Positions 30,759 to 38,844 of a DNA stretch of 64,000 nucleotides are shown here, piece by piece. The position numbers and the translations under genes are program-made. The notes below the pieces were generated by a model that was given only the letters and a program-made list of their open reading frames with translations, did no database searches and was not told where the DNA came from. The DNA is from Candidatus Omnitrophota bacterium (GTDB lineage: Bacteria; Omnitrophota; Gorgyraeia; Zapsychrales; Zapsychraceae), in NCBI GenBank assembly GCA_029261065.1, contig JAJDCB010000022.1, forward strand, positions 443 through 64,442, written 5' to 3'. Each line of letters starts with the position of its first letter. Position 1 is the first letter of the stretch.

Positions 30759-32027
30759 ATGCCTGGAATAAAAACTATTCACAAAAGAAATAAAGGTGCC
30801 CATAAAAGATTAAGTCTATATCAAAAAATTATTGATAAAGTTTTTCGGCCGATGACTTTAGGGGGATTAACAATTACGTTGCCTGATGGTGATTTATTAG
30901 AATATGGAGATGGGAATGGCGTTATCGCTAATGTTCGTGTTTTAGATAATGTTTTCTTTAAAAAGTGTGTTCTCTACGGTGATGTGGGTTTTGGTGAGTC
31001 TTATGTTGATGGTGATTGGGAGACGGAGGACATCACAAAGGTCATCGAATGGATGATTACGAATGTTGAAAACCACCCAACACTTATGTCAGATAAGATT
31101 AAGAAATCTCCGGTTAATTTTTTTAAAATGTTTAATGATGCCATTTCGTTATTTCGTAAAAATTCTATGCAAGGAAGTCGTAAGAATATAAGTGCTCATT
31201 ATGATTTAGGGAATGATTTTTATCAGAAATTTCTCGATCCGAGTATGACTTATTCTGCCGCGTATTTTAAAAAATCTAGTGATTCGTTAGAAGAGGCTCA
31301 ATATCAAAAATATGAACAGCTTTGTCAAAAGGTGTGCCTTAAACAGACAGACCATCTTTTGGAAATTGGAAGTGGATGGGGCGGTTTCGCTATTTACGCA
31401 GCCAAAAACTTTGGATGTCGCGTAACAACAGTGACGGTATCGCAGCAACAATATGATTTTGCTTTAGCAAAGATACGTCACGAAGGTTTAGAAGATAAGA
31501 TTACAATTAAGTTTCAAGATTATCGTCAGATAGAAGGTTTGTATGATAAAATTGTATCCATTGAGATGTTAGAGGCAGTAGGACATGATTTTTATGAGAT
31601 TTACTTTAAGCAATGTCACCGTTTACTTAAAAAAGATGGAATGTTAGCTTTGCAGGTCATAACATCACCTGATAACCGATATGAATCATTTCGAAGAAGT
31701 ACGGATTGGATACAAAAGTATATTTTTCCAGGAAGCCTTCTGCCTTCGGTATCCGTTATTCAAGAAAATATTTGTAAGACAGGAGATTTGACGTTGTTAG
31801 ATTTTGAAGACATGAGCAAACATTACGCCAGAACTTTACATGAATGGTTTTTAGAGTTTAATTTAAAATTAGATGACATTAAAAATTTGGGATTGTCGGA
31901 AGAATTTGTTAGAAAGTGGAATTATTATTGGTGTTATTGTATGGCAGCCTTCAAGACGAGAAACATTAGTGTAGCGCAGCTTGTATATACTCGACCCAAC
32001 AACTTATCTCTTGGAGGCACAATATGA
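30759..32027 (+). CDS. cfa: Cyclopropane-fatty-acyl-phospholipid synthase
   Basis: Full-length CMAS architecture with SAM motif LLEIGSGWGGFAIYAAK and the C-terminal YWxYC motif. Confidence 0.85.
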   Translation: MPGIKTIHKRNKGAHKRLSLYQKIIDKVFRPMTLGGLTITLPDGDLLEYGDGNGVIANVRVLDNVFFKKCVLYGDVGFGESYVDGDWETEDITKVIEWMITNVENHPTLMSDKIKKSPVNFFKMFNDAISLFRKNSMQGSRKNISAHYDLGNDFYQKFLDPSMTYSAAYFKKSSDSLEEAQYQKYEQLCQKVCLKQTDHLLEIGSGWGGFAIYAAKNFGCRVTTVTVSQQQYDFALAKIRHEGLEDKITIKFQDYRQIEGLYDKIVSIEMLEAVGHDFYEIYFKQCHRLLKKDGMLALQVITSPDNRYESFRRSTDWIQKYIFPGSLLPSVSVIQENICKTGDLTLLDFEDMSKHYARTLHEWFLEFNLKLDDIKNLGLSEEFVRKWNYYWCYCMAAFKTRNISVAQLVYTRPNNLSLGGTI

Positions 32028-32587
32028 AAAAAATAATTTTAGCATTAGTGATCGTTTTATTATCGCAAGGATCATCTGCTAATTCTCCAAAAGAGCTCCA
32101 TGGTATTCGTTTTGCGGGTGATTACGTTTACGAGGGAGAGGAGCTGGTTCTACAAGGTGTTGCTTTAAAAAGACATTTCTTTATTAAAGCCTTTGTTGCT
32201 GGCTTATATTTAGGGGAACCTGTTATTACTGATGATTTTTTTGAGAATGTTCCTATAAGGATTGAAGTGTCCTATTTTGTAAATATTCCTGGCAAAAAAT
32301 TATCAAAGTATACAAGAGGTTTGATGCGCAAAAATGTAACAAAAGAGGAATATCAATCTATTAATAAAGAAATAAATATGATGAATCAATATTTTGTGGA
32401 TTTGAAACCCGGGGATCGTTATGCCTTAACGTATATCCCAGAAATAGGAACTCAATTTGAATATAATGGCGATTTTGTTGGTGTGATACCTGGAAAAGAT
32501 TTTGCTAACGGATTGTTCTCAACATGGATTGGTGTTCATCCTATGGATAAAAAAGTTAAACAACAGATATTGGGTTTGGCCTCATAA
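32024..32587 (+). CDS. Chalcone-isomerase-like (fatty-acid-binding) periplasmic protein
   Basis: Signal peptide plus a CHI-like fold pattern (HGIRFAGDYVYEGEELVLQGVALKRHFFIKAFVAGLY). ATGA overlap with cfa. Confidence 0.6.
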   Translation: MKKIILALVIVLLSQGSSANSPKELHGIRFAGDYVYEGEELVLQGVALKRHFFIKAFVAGLYLGEPVITDDFFENVPIRIEVSYFVNIPGKKLSKYTRGLMRKNVTKEEYQSINKEINMMNQYFVDLKPGDRYALTYIPEIGTQFEYNGDFVGVIPGKDFANGLFSTWIGVHPMDKKVKQQILGLAS

Positions 32588-32670
32588 ATATATTGTTTGC
32601 AATAATTTTTGTTTTGAGTAAAATAAATAATTCTTACATTTTATTTTAATTCAACAGCCAAAAAATATTA

Positions 32671-33042
32671 GTGAATCATAAACTCACAAAGAAAGTTGTA
32701 TCGCTTCTCGTTTCTATTTTGTTTTTTATTTGGATTCTTCCTTTAGGGGCGTTTATTGCACCGGAGAAAGAAGAGGCTGCGTGTAATGGGCAACGCGGTA
32801 TTTGTTTGTGCTCTCACTTGATTGCAAAGCATGTTGCTGAGACTGTGGCTCAAGCAGGATCGGTATTTAAGAGTGGAGGAGCGGCTCAAAAAGAAAAGAA
32901 TGGCTTCTCCTCTCTTAATGATTTTCTTGTTCTAAAACAGAGTTTTTCTCACAATATTTTAATAAAGGCATGTTCAAAAGAGTTGGCATCATCCTACCAA
33001 TATGCTTTTATCCGACCTATTGATCATATTCCTAAGGTTTAA
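32671..33042 (+). CDS. Hypothetical membrane-anchored protein
   Basis: N-terminal TM helix. Cys-containing region CNGQRGICLCSHL. No known domain recognised. Confidence 0.35.
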   Translation: MNHKLTKKVVSLLVSILFFIWILPLGAFIAPEKEEAACNGQRGICLCSHLIAKHVAETVAQAGSVFKSGGAAQKEKNGFSSLNDFLVLKQSFSHNILIKACSKELASSYQYAFIRPIDHIPKV

Positions 33043-33094
33043 ATTTTCTCCCTCATTCAATTTTTACTTATTTTAATTACATTAGGAGATATTT

Positions 33095-34096
33095 ATGAAA
33101 TTAAAAAGGATATTTCTTTTTATCCTAGCTGGAATTAGTGTTTTTATATCCCATGGACTATCCTTTGCCGGTGAAGTTGAAGATCATGCCCCTATTGGTG
33201 TGATGGGTGATCATCAACACAAAAAAGGCGAGTGGATGGCATCTTACCGGTATATGCGTATGGACATGCCCGAACATTACACGGGTACAAAAAAACAATC
33301 CATCTCAGATGTACATAATGATTTTGTGGTATCTCCTGTCGATATGACTATGGAGATGCATATGTTGGGATTGATGTATGGCGTGTCTGATGAGTTAACC
33401 TTGATGGTGATGGTTCCGTATTTAATTAAAGATATGGAACATCGCAGAAGAACAGACAGCAAACAGTTTAGTACGCATTCTCAAGGTTTGGGGGATGTTA
33501 AGTTATCTGGGATGTATTCTTTAAAAGAGATGACGGAGTTGCCTCTCCATTTAAACATGGGTATTAGCGCGCCTACAGGCTCGATTAATCGAACGGATCG
33601 AACGTTGTTGGGGCCGGATAGAAATTTGCCTTATCCGATGCAATTAGGATCTGGTACGGTTGATTTTCATCCAGGTGTTACGTATTTGGATAAATCAGAG
33701 AATTGGTCTTGGGGTGCTCAAGCTAATTCGATTGTTCGTTTCGGTAGAAATGAGCAGAAGTATAAATTGGGCAATGCCTATGACGCGAGTTCTTGGTTAG
33801 CATATAAGTTTAACGAGCTCGTTAGTTCATCGATACGTGTTAAGGGAAGCATTTGGGGCAATGTCGATGGAGCGGATCCTAGGTTAAACGTTAATTTAGT
33901 TCCAACAGCCGATCCTAATTTGCAAGGTGGGGAAAGGGTTGATATGTTTTTAGGAGTTAACCTTCTTTCACATAAAGGAGCTCTTAAAGATCATCGCTTA
34001 GCACTTGAAGTTGGATATCCTGTTTATCAAAATCTAACAGGGCCGCAACTTGGTGTTGGTCTTCAAGGAACTGTTGGTTGGCAAAAAGCTTGGTAA
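33095..34096 (+). CDS. Outer-membrane beta-barrel protein of the MetA-pathway/Phenol_MetA_deg-like transporter family
   Basis: Signal peptide. N-terminal HAPIGVMGDHQHKKGEWMASYRYMRM motif. C-terminal aromatic residue (..QKAW). Confidence 0.65.
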   Translation: MKLKRIFLFILAGISVFISHGLSFAGEVEDHAPIGVMGDHQHKKGEWMASYRYMRMDMPEHYTGTKKQSISDVHNDFVVSPVDMTMEMHMLGLMYGVSDELTLMVMVPYLIKDMEHRRRTDSKQFSTHSQGLGDVKLSGMYSLKEMTELPLHLNMGISAPTGSINRTDRTLLGPDRNLPYPMQLGSGTVDFHPGVTYLDKSENWSWGAQANSIVRFGRNEQKYKLGNAYDASSWLAYKFNELVSSSIRVKGSIWGNVDGADPRLNVNLVPTADPNLQGGERVDMFLGVNLLSHKGALKDHRLALEVGYPVYQNLTGPQLGVGLQGTVGWQKAW

Positions 34097-34113
34097 ACAA
34101 ATCAACAAAGCAT

Positions 34114-34150
34114 AAAAAAGCTCTGAGATATCATTCTCAGAGCTTTTTTA
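34114..34150. terminator. Bidirectional rho-independent terminator
   Basis: Stem agctctgaga / tctcagagct flanked by A6 and T6 runs. Confidence 0.75.
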
Positions 34151-34166
34151 TGTTTCGTATTGCTTA

Positions 34167-34200
34167 ATTTAGGAATTTCGAAGCTTTAACGAAATTCCAG
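34167..34200. repeat. 34-nt interspersed hairpin repeat, copy 1 (atttaggaatttcgaagctttaacgaaattccag)
   Basis: Identical to the reverse complement of 43089..43122. Contains a 9-bp stem ggaatttcg / cgaaattcc. Confidence 0.7.
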
Positions 34201-34246
34201 GTTTGTTTAAAACCCCTGTAGTTTGCTCAGCGGTTCATGCCTTTAA

Positions 34247-34453
34247 TTAAGCAAGGATATCGTGTCTACGGATAGTCTTTCTTCCGTTAGCGGCGCATCT
34301 AGCTTGCGCTTGGGCTACTAGCCAATATACGTAATCATTAAGACCTTCAAGAGCATCAGATGATACATTAAAAGTGTTCTTGCCACTTCCCTTAAGAGCT
34401 TCTTTAGTTTTAGAACCAACCAACAACATATCTTTTGATTTTCCCTTAGCCAT
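34247..34453 (-). CDS. Small basic protein, possibly DUF1931-type histone-fold-like DNA-binding protein
   Basis: 68 aa, Lys-rich N-terminus. Segment DYVYWLVAQAQARCAANGRKTIRRHDI resembles a histone-fold helix. Confidence 0.4.
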   Translation of the reverse strand: MAKGKSKDMLLVGSKTKEALKGSGKNTFNVSSDALEGLNDYVYWLVAQAQARCAANGRKTIRRHDILA

Positions 34454-34607
34454 AATACTTATCCTTTTGTTAAAAATTTAAGTTAAATTAATAGATAGAA
34501 TTTAGTGTAAAATTCTCTTTTCGTCAAGGAAAATATATTTTGATATTTGTGGGGTGATTGTTATAATCAAAACATTATTAACAAAAAGGATAAAAGTTAG
34601 AGGAAGC

Positions 34608-34940
34608 ATGGACCGAAAAGAAATAGTTCTAAAATATTTAGAATGTTTTTGTAAGCCAGATGTCGCCTCATTGGAAAATTTGTTAAGTCCCGACTTTCAA
34701 CTTATTGGACCATTATTTCAATTTTCATCATCGCAATCCTATATATCTGCATTAAAGCAAGACCCTCCAGAAAAATCTAAGTTCAATGTTCAACAAATTT
34801 ATGAAAACGATCAAGGTGTTTGTGTTGTCTATGAGTACGTTAAATCAAAGGATTCCATGCTCATTGCGCAAACATTTCAATTTCAAGATAATAAAATAAG
34901 TTCGACTCTTCTAATTTTTGATGGGAGAGTTAACTCTTAA
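34608..34940 (+). CDS. NTF2/SnoaL-like fold protein, function unknown
   Basis: About 110 aa with alpha+beta cone-fold-like hydrophobic periodicity. ATG at 34608 with RBS agagga is preferred over the ATG at 34554. Confidence 0.4.
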   Translation: MDRKEIVLKYLECFCKPDVASLENLLSPDFQLIGPLFQFSSSQSYISALKQDPPEKSKFNVQQIYENDQGVCVVYEYVKSKDSMLIAQTFQFQDNKISSTLLIFDGRVNS

Positions 34941-34953
34941 CAGAGGATAAATT

Positions 34954-36033
34954 GTGGAACCATTAAAAGACATTTATATGAATAAGGATATATTGCGTCA
35001 GTTTGCTCGCGATATGAAGAAAGTCTATCCTAAGCTTAATGAGAAAGAATTTTATCAAGCTCTCATTAAGGGGCTAGATCAATTGGAACTCAAGGCGAGG
35101 ATTGAAAGGGCGGCTGATGTGGCTTATCGTTATTTGCCGTCATCGTATGAACAAGGATTGAATGTTCTTTATCGGTTTGTAGAGGGAAAAGATAATAAGT
35201 TGCTTTATTTGTTTCTTCCTAATTTTATAGCAAAATATGGACAAGAAGATTATGAGCGCTCTATTAAAGCTATTAGAGATTTTACTCAGTATTCATCATC
35301 AGAGGAAGGTGTGAGGATATTTTTGGAATTGAATTTGAATAAGACAATTAATTACATGATGAAATGGACAACATCAAAAAATGTTCATATTCGACGGCTG
35401 GCCTCTGAAGGATCACGGCCAAGGTTGCCATGGGCAAAAAAGATTTCAGCCTTTATTGAAGATCCGCAATTGGCTTGGCCAATATTAGAAGCGCTGAAAG
35501 AGGATTGTGAAAAATATGTTCAAAAATCGGTAGCAAATCACATTAATGATATTTCAAAAGATCATCCGGATTGGGTGGTTAAGAAGGTAAGTCAATGGGA
35601 TCGTTCTTGTGAACCAACAGCCTGGATTGTTAAACATGGGATGCGTAGTCTGATAAAGAGGGGGCATAAGGGTGCGTTAAAGTTATTTGGAACTCATCAA
35701 TTGCCTAAGGTTGAACTTAGGGAAGTGAATTGGAAGAAAAGCGTGAAGATAGGGCAGGTGTTTAATTTTCAAGTAGAAATAGTATCAAAGTCGAAAAAAG
35801 AGCAAGTCTTAATGATTGATTATATTATGCATTTTGTTAAGAACAACGGGAAATCATCGGCAAAGGTTTTTAAATTAAAGAAATGCAAGTTATCTTCAAA
35901 AGAAAGTGTTCTTCTTAAATCTAAATATACATTTAAGGATTTATCAACGCGAAAACATTACACGGGCAGGCATAGTTGGCAATTAAAGATTAATGGAGAG
36001 GCGATGCAAAGTTATGCTTTTGAGGTAATGTAA
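34954..36033 (+). CDS. DNA alkylation repair enzyme-family (AlkC/AlkD-like HEAT-repeat) protein with a C-terminal extension
   Basis: HEAT-like helical repeats. Region VHIRRLASEGSRPRLPWAKK matches the AlkD-family signature. Confidence 0.6.
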   Translation: MEPLKDIYMNKDILRQFARDMKKVYPKLNEKEFYQALIKGLDQLELKARIERAADVAYRYLPSSYEQGLNVLYRFVEGKDNKLLYLFLPNFIAKYGQEDYERSIKAIRDFTQYSSSEEGVRIFLELNLNKTINYMMKWTTSKNVHIRRLASEGSRPRLPWAKKISAFIEDPQLAWPILEALKEDCEKYVQKSVANHINDISKDHPDWVVKKVSQWDRSCEPTAWIVKHGMRSLIKRGHKGALKLFGTHQLPKVELREVNWKKSVKIGQVFNFQVEIVSKSKKEQVLMIDYIMHFVKNNGKSSAKVFKLKKCKLSSKESVLLKSKYTFKDLSTRKHYTGRHSWQLKINGEAMQSYAFEVM

Positions 36034-36160
36034 GGGAAAATTTTTTAGATACAATTGTAGATAAATGTTAAAAATAGTTAAAAAAAATAGTATTTCTATA
36101 AATAATTGATATTATAAATTATGTGTATAGGTAGGAGGGATCTTTCAGGTTTTTGAGAAA

Positions 36161-36607
36161 ATGCCTTTAATTGGAGTTGTAATGGAAAAAATTCGAGGAG
36201 CGTGTTTACAAGAATTTCCTTCTAAAGAGGAAATGACGGAGGCATCAACACAAGATAAAGTGTGGGGGATTGCAAGCAGTTTTGATATATATGATTGCAA
36301 TCCTGAGTCCATTCGAAGTGAAGCGAAGATTAAGCAATTTGTCAAAGAGCTGTGCGAGCTTATTGAAATGAAAAGATTTGGAGAAACGCAAGTCGTTCAT
36401 TTTGGAGAGGAAGATCGCGTAGCTGGATTTTCCATGGTTCAGCTAATCGAGACATCTCTCATTTCAGCTCATTTTGCGAATTTAACGAACACGGTTTATC
36501 TTGATGTTTTTAGTTGTAAACCATACGATTTAAAAGCAGTAGAAGATTTTTCAAAATTATTTTTCGGCGGCAAAGAATGCATAACAAATGTCAAGTATCG
36601 TCATTGA
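36161..36607 (+). CDS. Pyruvoyl-dependent decarboxylase of the SpeH/AdoMetDC class 1b family
   Basis: About 148 aa. Putative self-cleavage/pyruvoyl site around ETSLISAH. C-terminal YLDVFSCK motif as in small S-adenosylmethionine decarboxylase proenzymes. Confidence 0.55.
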   Translation: MPLIGVVMEKIRGACLQEFPSKEEMTEASTQDKVWGIASSFDIYDCNPESIRSEAKIKQFVKELCELIEMKRFGETQVVHFGEEDRVAGFSMVQLIETSLISAHFANLTNTVYLDVFSCKPYDLKAVEDFSKLFFGGKECITNVKYRH

Positions 36608-36621
36608 TTAGGTCACGTCAT

Positions 36622-36845
36622 TTGACAATTAAAAAAAGTTATGTTAAACTTCTTAAACTATGAATCAATTTACGAATTTCAAAATGCACATGACTTGCTT
36701 ACCTGTCGCCAAGACAGGTATTCTGCTTTCACCTACGTGGAGAAAGTATGCAAGAGGAGGTGTGTTTTGATTCGTTAAGTAGTTACTAGTAATGAAATTT
36801 TTCAAAACCACCGATTCTTAATCAGAATTGGTGGTTTTTTTTTGC
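36622..36845 (+). other. Self-contained small transcription unit: TTGACA-17-TAAACT promoter (36622..36650), a 36-codon ORF (36660..36770, MNQFTNFKMHMTCLPVAKTGILLSPTWRKYARGGVF) containing a 7-bp perfect hairpin, and a strong terminator (36808..36843). Candidate sRNA or micro-protein.
   Basis: Promoter hexamers and the terminator (ccaccgattc / gaattggtgg + T9) are read directly from the sequence. The ORF has no convincing RBS. Confidence 0.35.
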
Positions 36846-36948
36846 CTTGGCGCAGCCGGGCAACGTCTTTGAAGCCCCCAAATGTAAGTTTTGGGGCGCA
36901 GAAGGGTCCTTGGTATCCTGGATTAGTAAATAGATAAAGAGAACAACA

Positions 36949-37815
36949 ATGATACACATAAAATTAATAATTATGGCCCTTTTATGGGCAGGAGGTCTTA
37001 TCGCCGGCAAGCTTATTGCAAGTCAAGCAGGCCCATTTACGATTTCATTTCTTCGATTTCTCGTAGCCACTTTTGTTTTAGCGGCTTTGGTTCATCGAAG
37101 AGGGGAGAATCGCGTGATTCCAGGGGGGGTATTGATATATGCTTTTATCGCTGCCTTTTTTGGGGTATTTTGTTACAACTATTTATTTTTCTCTGGAATT
37201 AAGCTTATCGAGGCAAGTCGAGGTTCCGTTATCATTAGCATGGTCCCTATTGTCATAGCACTTTTTTCATACATTGTTTTCCGAGAGAAAATGAATTTTA
37301 TAAAGGTTATAGGAATTGTGTTGTCAGTGCTGGGGGCTAGCATTGTTGTCTCAAAAGGTGAGTTAGCTTCTATTTTTGGAAAGGCCCTTGGGCTTGGTGA
37401 GATCTATTTAGTCTTATGTGTATTTTGTGCCGCTACGTTTACTTTGCTTTCTAAAAAATTGTTACAAGCCCTGACACCTTTGGTCACAATGACGATGATC
37501 TCAGCGATCGGAACCTGTTTTTTATTTGGACCGGCTTTATTAGAAATTAGCCAAATCCAAAATAGCCCGGTGTCCTATACTTTTTTCTTAAATTTATTGT
37601 ACTTGGCTATTGGACCTTCAGTGATCGCTGTCACATTTTATTATGAAGCCATTTGTGTCGTCGGACCGTCAAGGGCTAGTCAGTACATGAATCTTATGCC
37701 AGTGTTCGCTGTTGTCTTGGCATTTATATTCTTAGGCGAAAACGTTACGACATCATTAATGTTAGGCGGGGGGTTAGTGACAACAGGGTTGTATGTAACC
37801 AATATAACGAGTTAA
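36949..37815 (+). CDS. DMT-superfamily (EamA-like) transporter
   Basis: 10-TM protein with two EamA-type repeats. Confidence 0.8.
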   Translation: MIHIKLIIMALLWAGGLIAGKLIASQAGPFTISFLRFLVATFVLAALVHRRGENRVIPGGVLIYAFIAAFFGVFCYNYLFFSGIKLIEASRGSVIISMVPIVIALFSYIVFREKMNFIKVIGIVLSVLGASIVVSKGELASIFGKALGLGEIYLVLCVFCAATFTLLSKKLLQALTPLVTMTMISAIGTCFLFGPALLEISQIQNSPVSYTFFLNLLYLAIGPSVIAVTFYYEAICVVGPSRASQYMNLMPVFAVVLAFIFLGENVTTSLMLGGGLVTTGLYVTNITS

Positions 37816-37937
37816 GAAAGGAGGTGATACTTATGGAGCTTACAGTGTTAAACGTGCTTATGTTAACAGATTACTTTTATACAGGTGAAAGTTAGACGTT
37901 GTTAACTAAATTAAACAATATAAAAGGAGGTAAAAGC

Positions 37938-38207
37938 ATGAAAGAAAATGCTATTTTAAAAAGTAAAAATAAAAATAAAAAATCGGTTTTTCCTGATGAA
38001 GCTTCAAAGGTGACAAACTTGTTACGTTTAAAGGATTCTTTGTTAAGGCAAGAGTTCGAGCAAAGTGCTGAACTTATTGAGTTGGCAAGGAGTTTTGGAG
38101 CAAGTAATAAGGAGGTGAAAACTGTCATCAATGAAAGTATAAGAAGGTTAAAAAATGGCCTGAGGTATGAGGCAAATCAAAGCAGGACTAATCGATCTAG
38201 ATTCTAG
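37938..38207 (+). CDS. Small hypothetical protein (Lys-rich N-terminus)
   Basis: ATG at 37938 preceded by a strong RBS aaaggagg. The upstream ATG at 37899 lacks an RBS. Confidence 0.4.
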   Translation: MKENAILKSKNKNKKSVFPDEASKVTNLLRLKDSLLRQEFEQSAELIELARSFGASNKEVKTVINESIRRLKNGLRYEANQSRTNRSRF

Positions 38208-38242
38208 GGAGGATCTAAAATTATGCCTCATGTCTGTTATTA

Positions 38243-38279
38243 AAGAGGACAGTTCAAAATTTGAGCTGTCCTCTTTTTG
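38243..38279 (+). terminator. Rho-independent terminator
   Basis: Stem aagaggacag / ctgtcctctt followed by a T5 run. Confidence 0.7.
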
Positions 38280-38380
38280 TATAAACTTTTTATAAAATTA
38301 GCAAAGTGGTAGATAGTTGATTTTTATAATTTGTTGTATATCAACAGTTTGCGATTAAACGAGGGATGTGAGTTTTATTG

Positions 38381-38409
38381 TTGACAAATATATCAAAATA
38401 GGTCATACT
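38381..38409 (+). promoter_or_regulatory. Sigma70-like promoter TTGACA-17-CATACT for the cold-shock gene, followed by a 130-nt leader
   Basis: Hexamers and 17-nt spacing read directly from the sequence. Confidence 0.55.
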
Positions 38410-38444
38410 TGCAATCGAGTAAATCAGCGGGTTGAAATTTTAGA

Positions 38445-38484
38445 CCGTAAGATAGAAGGATTTATCTTACGGCTTTTTTATTTT
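38445..38484 (+). terminator. Hairpin plus T-run inside the csp 5' leader (candidate attenuator)
   Basis: Stem ccgtaagata / tatcttacgg followed by cttttttatttt. Lies between the promoter and the csp RBS. Confidence 0.5.
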
Positions 38485-38538
38485 CGTTCTGTCATCGTTT
38501 ACTCAGTTTGTTATTTTAGAGAAAGGAGGGAGTAAATA

Positions 38539-38739
38539 ATGGCACAAGGAAAAGTAAAGTGGTTTAACGCTACAAAAGGATTCGGTTTTATCGAACAAGA
38601 ATCAGGCCAAGATCTTTTTGTACATCACAATGAGATTCAAGGCGAAGGCTATAAGACATTAGACGAAGGTCAAGCAGTTGAATTCGAGGTTGCATCAGGA
38701 CCAAAGGGTGACTACGCAACGAATGTCGTAAAGCAATAA
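38539..38739 (+). CDS. cspA: Cold-shock protein (CspA family)
   Basis: 66 aa. RNP1/RNP2 motifs KGFGFI and VFVHH. Confidence 0.95.
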   Translation: MAQGKVKWFNATKGFGFIEQESGQDLFVHHNEIQGEGYKTLDEGQAVEFEVASGPKGDYATNVVKQ

Positions 38740-38760
38740 GAAGTAAAAAGTTAGAGTAAA

Positions 38761-38822
38761 AAAGGCAACTTGATGATGTACTTAATCTCAAGATTAGGTG
38801 CATCATTCAAGTTGCCTTTTCT
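38761..38822 (+). terminator. Long hairpin terminator after csp
   Basis: Stem aggcaacttgatgatg / catcattcaagttgcct followed by tttt. Partial read-through into the helicase gene is likely. Confidence 0.55.
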
Positions 38823-38844
38823 ATTGAAAGGATGTTTGTAAGCA

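Noticed and set aside
36845-36948. Possible riboswitch upstream of the EamA transporter (GC-rich segment ggcgcagccgggcaacg...gcccccaaatgtaagttttggggcgc)
   Set aside because: Compared from memory with the guanidine-II/III, ZTP, fluoride and SAM-II consensus cores, no convincing match was found. Only a simple hairpin is evident. An Rfam covariance search would be needed.
36822-37010. 62-aa minus-strand ORF upstream of the EamA gene
   Set aside because: It overlaps the intrinsic terminator and the 5' end of the EamA gene. It is most likely non-coding.
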